A stretch of 64,000 nt of DNA from a virus (Duplodnaviria; Caudoviricetes). Positions 44,471 to 54,059 of this stretch are shown here, piece by piece. The notes under the pieces were generated by a model. That model did not search any database. It worked only from the letters and a program-made list of their open reading frames with translations, and had not been told where the DNA came from. The stretch lies in the IMG/VR virus record IMGVR_UViG_2974533383_000001, positions 3,593 through 67,592 of that record; one strand, written 5' to 3'. Every line of letters starts with the position of its first letter. Positions within the stretch are counted from its first letter, which is position 1. Made by a program: the position numbers and the translations under genes.

Positions 44471-46102
44471 CTACAGCTTGTTGTTCTTGAAGCCCATCTG
44501 CTCGACTTCGAGGTCGGAGGCAGCCATCCATGGCCACTCCAACGTTCCTTGCTTTCCCCAGCGCAGATGCGAGGGGAAGTAGCGACTGCGGACCCGGGGG
44601 AAGCGGGTGCGCTGCCACTCATACCAGCCCTTGACGTCGTTCTCCGGCCGGAGCCCGTAGCCAAAGTCAGGCCATTTGAGGAACGTGCTCGATCCATAGG
44701 GCCGGACCGCCCGCTCCTTGTCAGCACCACTGCGGTGGGGCGCATGGTGCTCCATAATGAACGCCGTGCCGTGCAGGCCACGCGCCTCGTTGATCGCCAC
44801 CTTCATCTCGTTGACCACCGCATGGTCGGTCAAGTCTTTGGAGGACAGGTTGTAGAGCGGGCCGATGACCACGAGCTTGGGCTTGTGGGCGTTCACCCGC
44901 TCCAGCAACCAGCGCTTGCCGGCGGGCTCGTTGAGGTTGATTTCCGAATCCCACTCCTCCTGCAGGATCAGCATGCCGCGCTCGATGGGACGGCCCAGGC
45001 GGCGAGCCAGTCCGATCATGTGCTGCCACGACTCGAGTACCTGGTCGGGGTGGTTCTCGGTGTCGATCACCAACACCTTCTGAGGCTCAATGTCCTGGCC
45101 GGTCCACGGGTGGATACCCGCGGCAACCTGGACGCCAAGCTGGCGGCACAGTGTGGACTTGCCATGGCCCTCGAAGCCGGTCAGCAGGAGCCGGTCACCC
45201 TGGGCCAAGACGCCCGGGATCACAAAGGTGGCCGGTTTGATTTCGCGCTTGATCGCATCGAGGATATCCATGCCGAAGGACTCCTTGGAATCCTCCTCCG
45301 CCGGGATGGTGACGATCAGGGTGTCGAACGTCCCGCCCCGCATAAAGTGGTCGGTGGCATCCTTGCAGCCGTTCATCGGCTCCATGACCTCCACCACGCA
45401 GCCCATCTCGATCAGCGATTCCCGCACCGCCCGGGCATGGTCGCGGCCCGGAGCGTCGGCGTCGGAGATGATGACCACGTTGGCTCCGCGCATCATCTCC
45501 GAATAGGACTCGTCCCACTTTCCGGCGCCCATCGGAGAGGTGGTGGCGGTTTCGCCCAGCGCACGGATGGTGTCCGCGTCCTTCTCCCCCTCCACAATGA
45601 AGATCACTCGGCCTTCATCCCTGGCCTTGATGACCTCCGGCAGGCAGTAAATCACCCGCCGGACACCGTTCATGTTCCACTTCCACCCTGACTTTGCTGT
45701 CTCGTCGGGGTGGCGCTGGCGGAAGTCCTTGCCGCCGGTTGGCTTGGGGATCCTCAGTACCTGGAACAGCAACTCGCCGTGCTCGTCGGCGTAGTCGTAG
45801 ACGTGGGAAGCGTAGAGCGTCCGGCCCTCCTTGTCGGTGACCGGAGTCCATTCCCCCTCCGCCGCTTTCGAGAGATTGTTCTCGATGCGCGGCGCCATGA
45901 ACAGCTGCCAGTCAATCCCGGCAGCTTCGAGGATGGAGTCCCGGGTGCAGTTGGCGTGACAGGTCATGACCACCGGCTGCTTCGACCCCGGAGCGACGTG
46001 GAGCGAAGCCGATCCGTCGTCGTGCGCTGGACACTTCACCATCGACTGCGTGCCCTGCTTTGCATAGTCGATTGCTTCCAGCAGTGAGTTCGCCTGGATC
46101 AT
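44471..46102 (-). CDS. DNA primase/helicase (Zn finger + Toprim + AAA helicase)
   Basis: CPAHDD..SL, FIVEGEKDAD, ISDAD.PG, Walker A GFEGHGKST, VVIGPLY, EHH. Confidence 0.92.
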   Translation of the reverse strand: MIQANSLLEAIDYAKQGTQSMVKCPAHDDGSASLHVAPGSKQPVVMTCHANCTRDSILEAAGIDWQLFMAPRIENNLSKAAEGEWTPVTDKEGRTLYASHVYDYADEHGELLFQVLRIPKPTGGKDFRQRHPDETAKSGWKWNMNGVRRVIYCLPEVIKARDEGRVIFIVEGEKDADTIRALGETATTSPMGAGKWDESYSEMMRGANVVIISDADAPGRDHARAVRESLIEMGCVVEVMEPMNGCKDATDHFMRGGTFDTLIVTIPAEEDSKESFGMDILDAIKREIKPATFVIPGVLAQGDRLLLTGFEGHGKSTLCRQLGVQVAAGIHPWTGQDIEPQKVLVIDTENHPDQVLESWQHMIGLARRLGRPIERGMLILQEEWDSEINLNEPAGKRWLLERVNAHKPKLVVIGPLYNLSSKDLTDHAVVNEMKVAINEARGLHGTAFIMEHHAPHRSGADKERAVRPYGSSTFLKWPDFGYGLRPENDVKGWYEWQRTRFPRVRSRYFPSHLRWGKQGTLEWPWMAASDLEVEQMGFKNNKL

Positions 46103-46105
46103 GGC

Positions 46106-46843
46106 TTACTCCCACCACGGACGATCTTGGGCATTGGCCCTCCGTTCCTTCTTGTCAGCCGTGATCGCTTCCTGCTCGTCGGCGATCAGCCACTTCAACC
46201 ACTCGGCGTCTGTCGGTGGCTTGTTCATCTCCGCCTTGCGGATGCGGTACTTCGTGATGGCCAGCTCGATATCCATCAACTCGACGTTGGCCCTTGCTGT
46301 AGCCAGCGCTCGTGGTCCCGGCCTCCACCCCTGGGGAGCATCAGCGGGAGCTTGGAGTCCTGCGTCGTCACGGCTTGATTCCGTGATGGAGGTGGGGGGT
46401 GGTGGTGTTTCCAACTCACCCTCAGTACTAGGTGAGTTAACCCCCTCCCCGTCTTTAATAAGTGTTATTGGTTCAGTGTTATTAATATCGGGCTCTTGTC
46501 CACCGGTGGAAAACGTACCGATGGTGGGACCATCAGGCTGTTTCGTACCGATGGTGGGTTGGTCGGTCACCGTCTGGGTGTGATCGAAGGTGCCGTCCGA
46601 CTTGTGGGTGCGGGTCCGGGTCAGGTAGCCCAGCGCCTCCAGCTCCTTGAGTCCGGACTTGATCGCACGCTCCCCATCCACGCCTGACTTGGCCAGGCGT
46701 TCAGCGGAGGTGGACCATCCCGGCGGGCGGGAGAGGAGGAAGGCGAGAATGCCCCGGGCCTTGAAGCTCAGCCGGCCGTCGGCCAGCGCGGCATTGTGAA
46801 TCTGTGCGAAGTTATCGGAAGGCCGTGGACCTCGAACGATCAT
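46106..46843 (-). CDS. wHTH replication initiator-like protein
   Basis: RBS AAGGAG; LSFKARGILAFLLSRPPGW...LA...GLKELE..GYLTR; next to the primase-helicase. Confidence 0.8.
   Translation of the reverse strand: MIVRGPRPSDNFAQIHNAALADGRLSFKARGILAFLLSRPPGWSTSAERLAKSGVDGERAIKSGLKELEALGYLTRTRTHKSDGTFDHTQTVTDQPTIGTKQPDGPTIGTFSTGGQEPDINNTEPITLIKDGEGVNSPSTEGELETPPPPTSITESSRDDAGLQAPADAPQGWRPGPRALATARANVELMDIELAITKYRIRKAEMNKPPTDAEWLKWLIADEQEAITADKKERRANAQDRPWWE
46514..46558. repeat. 15-bp direct repeat pair (iteron-like) inside the initiator gene
   Basis: CGTACCGATGGTGGG at 46514 and 46544; adjacent AT-rich tract 46452-46490. Confidence 0.7.
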
Positions 46844-47036
46844 GAAGTGTCTCCTTGGGGAAATGGAGACAACACACCCGGCCATGTATCCTTGGGGGAG
46901 TAGATGCTACTGGGTGTGTCATCTGCAATCTGTGCAAAGCGAGGCCCTGGTTGGTGGACCGGGGCCTCTGCGCTGTCTACGAACTGATCCTAAACCAAAG
47001 TGACCAATGGGGCGGATGGGGTAGGATCAGCTACGT

Positions 47037-47085
47037 GTGATGGAAGGGACCCTCGTGCTGGGGCGGCTGAGGGTCCCTTCATCAT
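47037..47085 (-). terminator. hairpin downstream of 47095-47544
   Basis: AAGGGACCCTC / GAGGGTCCCTT stem with TGATG / CATCA extension. Confidence 0.55.
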
Positions 47086-47094
47086 TTCCCTGGA

Positions 47095-47544
47095 CTACTC
47101 GCCAGCGTGTCCGAACTGGACTGCCTGGTCCGCCCGGTCGTAATCGGCCGGCTCAGCGTAGGGCTCCACCTGAACGGGCTCGGAGTCATAGTCAGGGCCC
47201 TCGACTTCCTCGACCGGCGCCACCTCGAACTGCTTGCGCAGCTGGGGGTACTTGGCCAGCAGGTCGGCGACTTCCTTCTCCGCCTTCTCCTCGTCCGTCA
47301 GGCGACGGACGTACTCCAGACCGTGCTCGTCGTACTTGGCCTCGGTCCGCTTGATGACCTCGGGCTTGTACTTGTTCAGCACTTCGCGTTCGGCCTCATT
47401 GCGGAGGCGGTTCTTGAGCTGCTGGACCGTCTCGCCCTTGGTCTTGATGTTCAGACCAGCGGACTTCTTATCCGCCGCCGGCGGGGTGGCCTCGGTGCCG
47501 CCGGGCTTTGCGTCGGCCTTGGCCTTGGATGCTGCAGTTACCAT
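47095..47544 (-). CDS. hypothetical protein
   Basis: 149 aa; RBS AAGGAG, preceded by a repeat copy. Confidence 0.75.
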   Translation of the reverse strand: MVTAASKAKADAKPGGTEATPPAADKKSAGLNIKTKGETVQQLKNRLRNEAEREVLNKYKPEVIKRTEAKYDEHGLEYVRRLTDEEKAEKEVADLLAKYPQLRKQFEVAPVEEVEGPDYDSEPVQVEPYAEPADYDRADQAVQFGHAGE

Positions 47545-47606
47545 GTCTAGCTCCTTCGTGTGTGATGTGGTGGGTCGGTTGCCCGACCCGGGTTAGTACT
47601 TGCCGA

Positions 47607-48227
47607 TCAGAACGGAGGCTCGGAATCCGGGCCGTTACCCCAGCCCCCGCCCTGGTTGCCGCCCTGCGGGGTAGCCCAGGGATCATCCTGCTGCTGGTAG
47701 TTGCCACCCTGCTGGCCGCCCTGCTGGTTGCCCTGGTAGTTCCCGCCCTGCTGGTTGCCGCCCTGGTAATTGCCGCCACCTTGCTGGCCACCTTGCTGGT
47801 TGCCGTTCTGGTAGTTGCCCTGGTTGCCGCCGCGGTTGTTGCCGCCGCCCTGGTTGTTGCCGCTGCGCTGGGTGCGGTTGACCTTGGCGTTGGCGTACTT
47901 GAGCGAGGGGCCAATCTCCACGATTTCCAGCTCGGTGACCGTGCGCTTCTCGCCGTTCTTCTCGTAGCTGCGTGACTTGAGGACGCCGGAAGCGATGACG
48001 CGCATGCCCTTGGTCAGCGACTCGGCGACGTTCTCGGCAGCTTCGCGCCAAACGGAGGACCGGAGGAACAGTGTCTCGCCGTCCTTCCATTCATTGCTCT
48101 GGCGGTCGAAGGTCCGCGGCGTGGAGGCGATGGTGAAGTTCGCCACCGCATCCCCGCTCGGGGTGAAGCGCAGCTCCGGGTCGTTGGTGAGGTTACCGAT
48201 CACGGTGATCGTTGTCTCGCCGGCCAT
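47607..48227 (-). CDS. ssb: single-stranded DNA-binding protein
   Basis: [31 protein letters not shown]; G/Q/N-rich linker; acidic tip DSEPPF. Confidence 0.97.
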   Translation of the reverse strand: MAGETTITVIGNLTNDPELRFTPSGDAVANFTIASTPRTFDRQSNEWKDGETLFLRSSVWREAAENVAESLTKGMRVIASGVLKSRSYEKNGEKRTVTELEIVEIGPSLKYANAKVNRTQRSGNNQGGGNNRGGNQGNYQNGNQQGGQQGGGNYQGGNQQGGNYQGNQQGGQQGGNYQQQDDPWATPQGGNQGGGWGNGPDSEPPF

Positions 48228-48530
48228 TTAGTTCTCCTTCTTGGTGGTGGATTCGGCAGCTTGCCACTCGAAGTACATGTCCACGTACTTCCTGCCGTCG
48301 GTTTCATCGACTCGGGAGTTGCGGGTGGTGATGACCACGCGCCCCTTGTCGGTGACATAGGGTTCCCGGGTGTACTGCCGCAGCGAGTTCACACGGGTGA
48401 TGCGGATGCCTTCCGCGGCGAGGACGGGGTGGCCGGACTTCCGGGCCAGCTCCGCCGAAGCGTCGAAGTCCTTGACGATGTGGTTGGCCCGCCTCGCCGG
48501 GGGCACTGAACGTACTACTTTCCCTGCCAT
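48228..48530 (-). CDS. hypothetical protein
   Basis: 100 aa; RBS AAGGAG. Confidence 0.7.
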   Translation of the reverse strand: MAGKVVRSVPPARRANHIVKDFDASAELARKSGHPVLAAEGIRITRVNSLRQYTREPYVTDKGRVVITTRNSRVDETDGRKYVDMYFEWQAAESTTKKEN

Positions 48531-48644
48531 GGGATGGGTGCTCCTTAGTGTGGGTGGTGGACGGGGTGTGCAGTATCTAGTTTACACCTAAAGTGAACCG
48601 ATAATGTACGCTTATTGTCCACGATCTGGGTCGGTTACCCGACC

Positions 48645-49136
48645 CTAGAGGCTAATCGTCGGGTTATCGAGGCGCGCTTCGATGGTCCTAACGCGCTCGG
48701 TAAGCTGTTCGACGCGCTCCCAGACCGGCCGCGGCTCCGGCTTGACAGACTGAACCCCGTTTGAATCCACCATCGGGACCAGCTTGCCGGTGATTTTGAC
48801 CTCGCCGTCACTGGTGATGTAGGCGTTGCTGACCTCCACCCCATGCTCGGTCAACAGCGCCGCGATCCTCATGGCAGGGCTGGAGGATTCGACGGCAGGC
48901 TCGTCTCCGCTGGTGTCCCTTCCGTGCTCGGGGTCGGTGCAGCGGATGCCGACCTGGTCGAAGATTTCCCGGAACATGGAACCCTCGACGTAGCGGGATT
49001 CGGCCAGCGCAATGGCGGCGTCAGCCACCTCGCGCTCCCGCTCGATAAGCGCAGAGCTAATAGTTGCCTCGGCATAACCGCCGAGCTTATATCCAGTCAG
49101 GGTGCGTCCGACCAGCGACCGTATTGATTCAGGCAT
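48645..49136 (-). CDS. hypothetical protein (163 aa)
   Basis: RBS AGAAAGAGAG; C-terminal coiled coil. Confidence 0.7.
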   Translation of the reverse strand: MPESIRSLVGRTLTGYKLGGYAEATISSALIEREREVADAAIALAESRYVEGSMFREIFDQVGIRCTDPEHGRDTSGDEPAVESSSPAMRIAALLTEHGVEVSNAYITSDGEVKITGKLVPMVDSNGVQSVKPEPRPVWERVEQLTERVRTIEARLDNPTISL

Positions 49137-49210
49137 GGTGTCTCTCTTTCTGTGGGGGTGGTGTGAGTGGCCCGGGAGGGGCAAGGACTAGCGCCCTTGC
49201 CCAACCCGCA

Positions 49211-50434
49211 CTACTCAGCGCTGGTGGCGTCCCAGTCCGTGATGGTGAAGCTGGTGGAGTGCGGCCGCCCAAGGTCCAGTCGCAGCTCCTCACGGATCAT
49301 GGATTCATCTACGGCATCCATCGCCGCCTCCGCATCAGGCTGCTTCTCGATCTTGATAATGAGGCGGAAGCCGGTGACAAAGCTCAGGCTATCGGTGGAG
49401 ATGAACTGCCAGCCGTAGCGGTTGCGGAGGTCTTCGTCGATTTCGCCGGAGGGGTCGGAGTCCTCGACCCGCATGGTGCCGGTGACGGTGACCTCCCAGT
49501 CTGGATCGTCGGACTCGTCCTCGTTATCCTCCTCGTCCTTACGGTGCATCAATCCCAGTGGGTCGATGATGCGCTCCTCGTACTGCTCGCACCAGCCCTG
49601 CTCCCTGGCGACTTCGTTCATGTCCTTGTTGATCTGGCGCTCGCGCTCCTCCAACACGACAGCAACGCCAATCAGTCGAGTCTCCTCCTGCTTGGCGTCA
49701 GGCAGATTGACCAGGGCGTTGACGAACCCCAGCTTTGCGCTGGCCCAGTAGACAGAGGGGGTGGTGAAGTCGGGGAATCCGGACGGGGGGAGACCTGGCA
49801 GCCAGCCAGCTGCCGTCCAGTGGCCCAGCGTGGACCAGCGATCAGGCTCCCGGTAAGCCAGCAGGATGACGTCGGGTGAGAAGAAGGAGTCAGTGACGCA
49901 GTACAGCTCACCGTCCTTAACCTCGGGATTTAGGGTGGCGCCGTCCTCCACGTGGATACCGAACATGTCACCGGCGCGGGGGGTGCGCTTGGGTGCCTCA
50001 ACCTCGACGTAGAACATGTGGGGCATGGTGTAGGCGGAGAAGAAGTCTCCCTCGCCCATGATCCATGGCGTGTCGCCGGGGCCGGAGATGACATTCCAGC
50101 GGTTGGACTCGAAGCGGACCAGCGGACCCTCGCCATCTTCTTCGAGCACCCGGTAGTAGTGGCCCTCGATTCCCTCCGGATTGAGGACTGCAACATCGGC
50201 GAAGTGGGAGGAGGAGCTGCTGTCCGCCAGCCAGGCCGGGGCGCAGGGGCGACCGCGGGTGATGGTCCCTGCGGTGATGGGGGCTTCCTCGTCATGCGGC
50301 CGGAGAACCAGGACGGGAACTGCCCGGGTGCTGGCCGGCCAATCCTCGTACTTGGCCTTGATGACGATGTCGGTGGTGGGGCGGGGGTAGTGGGCGATCT
50401 TATCGATCGCCTCTTGGAGTCGCGTGGAGAGCAT
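49211..50434 (-). CDS. hypothetical multi-domain protein (407 aa)
   Basis: RBS AAGG; long ORF with coding-like GC3; AREQGWCEQYE motif. Confidence 0.75.
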   Translation of the reverse strand: MLSTRLQEAIDKIAHYPRPTTDIVIKAKYEDWPASTRAVPVLVLRPHDEEAPITAGTITRGRPCAPAWLADSSSSSHFADVAVLNPEGIEGHYYRVLEEDGEGPLVRFESNRWNVISGPGDTPWIMGEGDFFSAYTMPHMFYVEVEAPKRTPRAGDMFGIHVEDGATLNPEVKDGELYCVTDSFFSPDVILLAYREPDRWSTLGHWTAAGWLPGLPPSGFPDFTTPSVYWASAKLGFVNALVNLPDAKQEETRLIGVAVVLEERERQINKDMNEVAREQGWCEQYEERIIDPLGLMHRKDEEDNEDESDDPDWEVTVTGTMRVEDSDPSGEIDEDLRNRYGWQFISTDSLSFVTGFRLIIKIEKQPDAEAAMDAVDESMIREELRLDLGRPHSTSFTITDWDATSAE

Positions 50435-50438
50435 GATC

Positions 50439-51317
50439 CTAGCCTTCGTATTCGGAGCGGGGGGTGATGCGGCGGACAACGGGGCTGACGGTGTAGTCGC
50501 CGACGGTAGCCCGGGATCCATGGAGGGTGCGGACGTGCTCCATCACCGAGTGACGGGTGACCGGGTTCACCTCGCTGCGGTTGGCACAGGTGTCCATGAT
50601 CAAGGAGGTCAGGATGGCCAGCTTCATGCCGACATGCTGGCCCTTGACGCCCCACGTGGACAGCTCCTCGTCGGAGGGTGCAGCCTGGGTGGGCAGGAGA
50701 ACGTCAACTGCGAGGTGGTGGTTGAAGATCACCTCGCCCAGCGAGTGGCCCTTCTCCACCAGCTGGTCCAACTCGTCCCACATGTCGCACTCAGCCACCG
50801 TGCGGTAGACCAGCGCCTCCAGGTACCGACGCCGCCAGTGCGCCTTGGCCACGCGGACCTTGGCATCCGTCACGGCTTGGGTTTCACCGGGCACCGGCCA
50901 CAGCTGCAGCGCCCACGGTGCTGCCTGGCACCAGCGCCGGACCTCGATGGAGTCCATGTCCGCCGGCCATGTTCCTCCGTCCGAACGCATCGGGTTGGAG
51001 AGGCAGACCCTGCCGTTGAGCGTGGTCGTCTCGGGCTCACCAAGAACGAACAGGTCGTCGGTTAGAAAGCCCAGCATGTAGGTGTCGTGGAGGCGGGGGT
51101 TGGTGGGGGAGAGCGGGATACCCTCCACCTCCCGGCCACGAGAGGAATACTTGATGGCGCCATCCTTGTGATACATGGCGTAGATGTTGCAGATTTCCCC
51201 GGCGATGGGATTGTATCCAGGTTCGTCCATCAGGACCAGGACTTCGGTACTGCCCATGGAGTGGACGTGATCGACGACGGGATCGACGTAGTAGATGCGG
51301 TCGGATTGGGAGATCAT
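50439..51317 (-). CDS. hypothetical protein (292 aa)
   Basis: preceded by a repeat copy and an A/G-rich RBS. Confidence 0.75.
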   Translation of the reverse strand: MISQSDRIYYVDPVVDHVHSMGSTEVLVLMDEPGYNPIAGEICNIYAMYHKDGAIKYSSRGREVEGIPLSPTNPRLHDTYMLGFLTDDLFVLGEPETTTLNGRVCLSNPMRSDGGTWPADMDSIEVRRWCQAAPWALQLWPVPGETQAVTDAKVRVAKAHWRRRYLEALVYRTVAECDMWDELDQLVEKGHSLGEVIFNHHLAVDVLLPTQAAPSDEELSTWGVKGQHVGMKLAILTSLIMDTCANRSEVNPVTRHSVMEHVRTLHGSRATVGDYTVSPVVRRITPRSEYEG

Positions 51318-51376
51318 GGTGGGTTTCTCTCTCGGTGGGTGTGGAGGAGGGTCGGTTGCCCGACCCTCCCGGGGTA

Positions 51377-51610
51377 TCACTTGACGGTGATGGTGATGGT
51401 GTAGCTCTTGTCCTTGGACAGCAGCCCCCGGTAGTCTCCGCGCTTGCGGAGGAAGGGCGGCAGCTCCTTGGCGATGGTGGCGACTGTCTCCTCGGACCAG
51501 CCTGCTGCGAGCAGGGTCCGGCAGAAGGTGTCCATGGCGTCATCCATGGTGCCAACGGAGATGGTGGTGTCGATGCCCTCGCCGCCGGCAGTGGCTATCT
51601 CGTACCTCAC
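51377..51610 (-). CDS. hypothetical protein (77 aa)
   Basis: GTGA-coupled start. Confidence 0.6.
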   Translation of the reverse strand: MRYEIATAGGEGIDTTISVGTMDDAMDTFCRTLLAAGWSEETVATIAKELPPFLRKRGDYRGLLSKDKSYTITITVK

Positions 51611-51792
51611 CCGACTTCGACCAGCTCGCGGAGGAGGTGGGTCAGGCCCTCCTCGCCGGACCACTGCTTCTCTTTGCTCACCTCGTCGCACTCTTCGAGG
51701 TAGTCGGCAACATCCTGGGGGGAGGTGCCGATGGTGTCAGCCAGAGTTGCCACCAGTATCGGCGTCTCCTCCAGCGCTGGTGTTGTGCTCAT
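51607..51792 (-). CDS. small acidic protein (61 aa)
   Basis: RBS GAAGGA, preceded by a repeat copy. Confidence 0.7.
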   Translation of the reverse strand: MSTTPALEETPILVATLADTIGTSPQDVADYLEECDEVSKEKQWSGEEGLTHLLRELVEVG

Positions 51793-52015
51793 GGGTATGT
51801 CCTTCCTGGGGTCGGTTGCCCGACCCTTGATCGGTTGCCGGATCATCAAACCACTGGAGGCACACCGAGCAGAATGACTGCGGGGTGGGGGTGGACTCCA
51901 GCTGGACGGGGAAGCCGTGCTCGGCCACCATGTCCGGGTCGATCCGGCAGAGTGTTGCTGCGTCAGGCGGACAGTAGTAATTACCGTTCGCCCATTGGTA
52001 AGGGTTGTCTGCCAC
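51737..52015 (-). CDS. small Cys-containing protein
   Basis: RBS AAGGAG; YYCP..LC...FCSVC; first gene after the 52051-52079 promoter. Confidence 0.65.
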   Translation of the reverse strand: MADNPYQWANGNYYCPPDAATLCRIDPDMVAEHGFPVQLESTPTPQSFCSVCLQWFDDPATDQGSGNRPQEGHTHEHNTSAGGDADTGGNSG

Positions 52016-52050
52016 AACCGCTCCTTGATCGTGCTTGTTTGTCGGTAACA

Positions 52051-52079
52051 AGTCTATCACAAAGTACAGACAATGTCAA
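52051..52079 (-). promoter_or_regulatory. SigA-type promoter
   Basis: TTGACA-17 nt-TAGACT with extended -10 TG. Confidence 0.85.
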
Positions 52080-52101
52080 GGTTCAAGGTATAGATCAAGG
52101 T

Positions 52102-52500
52102 TCAGAAGCTGTGGTCGGCTTCCCACTTGTCGAGGTGGGCCTTCGGGATGAAGTACCGCGTGCCGTCCAGCGAGGCGATGCCGACGTCCCAGCCCCGGTC
52201 GGCAGGCTCCATGAAGTAGACCTGTCGGCCGACCAGCTTTTCCCAGCGGTCCACCCCCACCACCTTCATGATTTCCATGAGGTACTGCAGGCCCCAGGCT
52301 GTACCCTCCGGGCCATTGTCGGTGGGGTGGTCCAGCCGGTACCCGCCGAACACAATGCCAGTGCTGCGCATCCGCAACCGCAGGCCAGCGTCGATCATGC
52401 CATGGTCGTTCTCGCCCAGCTCGGTGGCCTCAATCGTGGCCACCTCCAGGCGGTACTCCACGCCATTGACGGCGGCGGTGGTCTCGATAGCGAAGGTCAT
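52102..52500 (-). CDS. conserved phage hypothetical protein (132 aa)
   Basis: ELGENDHG..FGGYRLD..WG..MEIMKVVGVDRWEKLVG. Confidence 0.75.
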   Translation of the reverse strand: MTFAIETTAAVNGVEYRLEVATIEATELGENDHGMIDAGLRLRMRSTGIVFGGYRLDHPTDNGPEGTAWGLQYLMEIMKVVGVDRWEKLVGRQVYFMEPADRGWDVGIASLDGTRYFIPKAHLDKWEADHSF

Positions 52501-53069
52501 CAGAACACCTCCGTGGCTTCGAGTTCCTGCATGGCCGGGCCGGACTGTGCAAGCTCCAGCGCCTTGGCCTGGTTCATGATCCGCGGCGAGAGCCCGGGGT
52601 TCGGTCGCCAGATGTGCATTGTCTGGCGCAGGGCGTGGAGCGTGCCATCCTCCAACCGGACCTGCGGACCAGCGTTGACCACGTCCACCTCCTGTCCGAT
52701 CAGGTCGGCACCGCAGCTGATCGTGACCTCGACGTTCCCCCACATGGCCTTGACCTTGAAGTACTTGGCAGCGAAGGCATCCTTCTCGGCGGACGGATCG
52801 CTGGGCACCCACTGGATGTGGTCGGGGAATGCCTCGACGATGGTGTTGATCTTGTGCAGCGAGCGCTCCTCCTTGCCGGGGCCGAAGTCCCAGATACTGA
52901 ACCGCACGCAATTGATGTACTCGCTCTTGGCGTCGTCATAGTCGAAGTTGACGACAGGGTGGGGGAGGTCCGGGTGTTGCTCCATCAGTTCGGCCAGCGT
53001 CCGCAGCACCTCAATGGCAGTGCGGAAGCCGACAACCTTGGGCTCGGGGTTCAGGTCCAGCGCGTTCAC
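52500..53069 (-). CDS. hypothetical protein
   Basis: 189 aa, coupled at both ends. Confidence 0.7.
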   Translation of the reverse strand: MNALDLNPEPKVVGFRTAIEVLRTLAELMEQHPDLPHPVVNFDYDDAKSEYINCVRFSIWDFGPGKEERSLHKINTIVEAFPDHIQWVPSDPSAEKDAFAAKYFKVKAMWGNVEVTISCGADLIGQEVDVVNAGPQVRLEDGTLHALRQTMHIWRPNPGLSPRIMNQAKALELAQSGPAMQELEATEVF

Positions 53070-53404
53070 TTGGCGACCTCGGCTGCCGTCACGGCCACCA
53101 CGAGGGTGCGCTTGAGGAAGGTGTGCATGTCGGCGTAGGTGTCGTAGTCGATCTTCGCTTGCTGGGAACGGAGGTCCAGCATTTTGTCCCAGTTCTGCTT
53201 GGACAAGCTGCTGACCTCCCGGATGCCGGAGTCTTCGATCAGGTCCGAGACCCAGACTTGGTTGTTGCGGGTGGTGTCAACCTCTTTCGCAACGTGCCAG
53301 GAGATGGTGCCGTCAGGCCAGCGCACCCCGTACTGGGTAATGGACTCGGTGCTGGCGACCTCGTTGGGAATCAACACGGTCGTCTCGTCACGCTTGATGT
53401 TCAT
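53066..53404 (-). CDS. hypothetical protein
   Basis: QYGVRWPDGTISW motif; preceded by a repeat copy and an RBS. Confidence 0.75.
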   Translation of the reverse strand: MNIKRDETTVLIPNEVASTESITQYGVRWPDGTISWHVAKEVDTTRNNQVWVSDLIEDSGIREVSSLSKQNWDKMLDLRSQQAKIDYDTYADMHTFLKRTLVVAVTAAEVAK

Positions 53405-53460
53405 GGGTATGTCCTTTCAGGAGGAGGGGGTCGGTCACCCGACCCCCTCGGGTGGGTGGA

Positions 53461-54009
53461 TCAGGCTGCGGCCAGGTGGACGGCCGCGATGAACTCCTCG
53501 CCGGTCACCGTGGTGGTGCCTTCGAGCTCGATGGAGAGGATGTGGGTGAGGCCCCGCTTGCCGGGAGTGGCAAAGCGTCCGATCACCTCGCCGCTGTACT
53601 CGCCCTCGTAGACCTCAAGCACGCGTCGGTCGAGGTCCACGATGTAGCCCCACTCGATGTAGCCGGGGTCCCAGGCAAACTCCTTGCCGTCGTTGACGAA
53701 GGGTGCAGCCAGCGTCTTGGCCGGGTCACCCTGGCAATCGCGAAGCCAGGAGTAGAAGTCCATCCCGGTGCTGACCGACTGCGGCTTGAACCCCGCCTCG
53801 GTTAGCTTCTCGATCTGCTCGGGGGTGGGTGAGTCGGACTCGTTGACCAGCGTGATCTTGGCCAGCTGCTGCTTGGCCTCCTCAAGGTTTGCCTGCTTGG
53901 CCCACTCGAAGACGTTCTTGCCCAGCTCCTCGGGGTAGGAGTCGAAGTGGCTGTAGGTAATGACGAGCTGGTCGCCGGAGGCGAAGCCCATGATGCCGCG
54001 TGTTCCCAT
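53461..54009 (-). CDS. conserved phage hypothetical protein
   Basis: MGTRG..G...TYSHFDSYP..LG; EWGYIVDLD. Confidence 0.8.
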   Translation of the reverse strand: MGTRGIMGFASGDQLVITYSHFDSYPEELGKNVFEWAKQANLEEAKQQLAKITLVNESDSPTPEQIEKLTEAGFKPQSVSTGMDFYSWLRDCQGDPAKTLAAPFVNDGKEFAWDPGYIEWGYIVDLDRRVLEVYEGEYSGEVIGRFATPGKRGLTHILSIELEGTTTVTGEEFIAAVHLAAA

Positions 54010-54059
54010 GGTGTGTCCTGTTCTGTGAATATGTGGATGAAGCTGTGGATAAGTGGTGG

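Noticed and set aside
47640-47890. Gln/Gly/Asn repeat DNA in ssb as a separate repeat locus
   Set aside because: It is explained by the usual disordered SSB linker.
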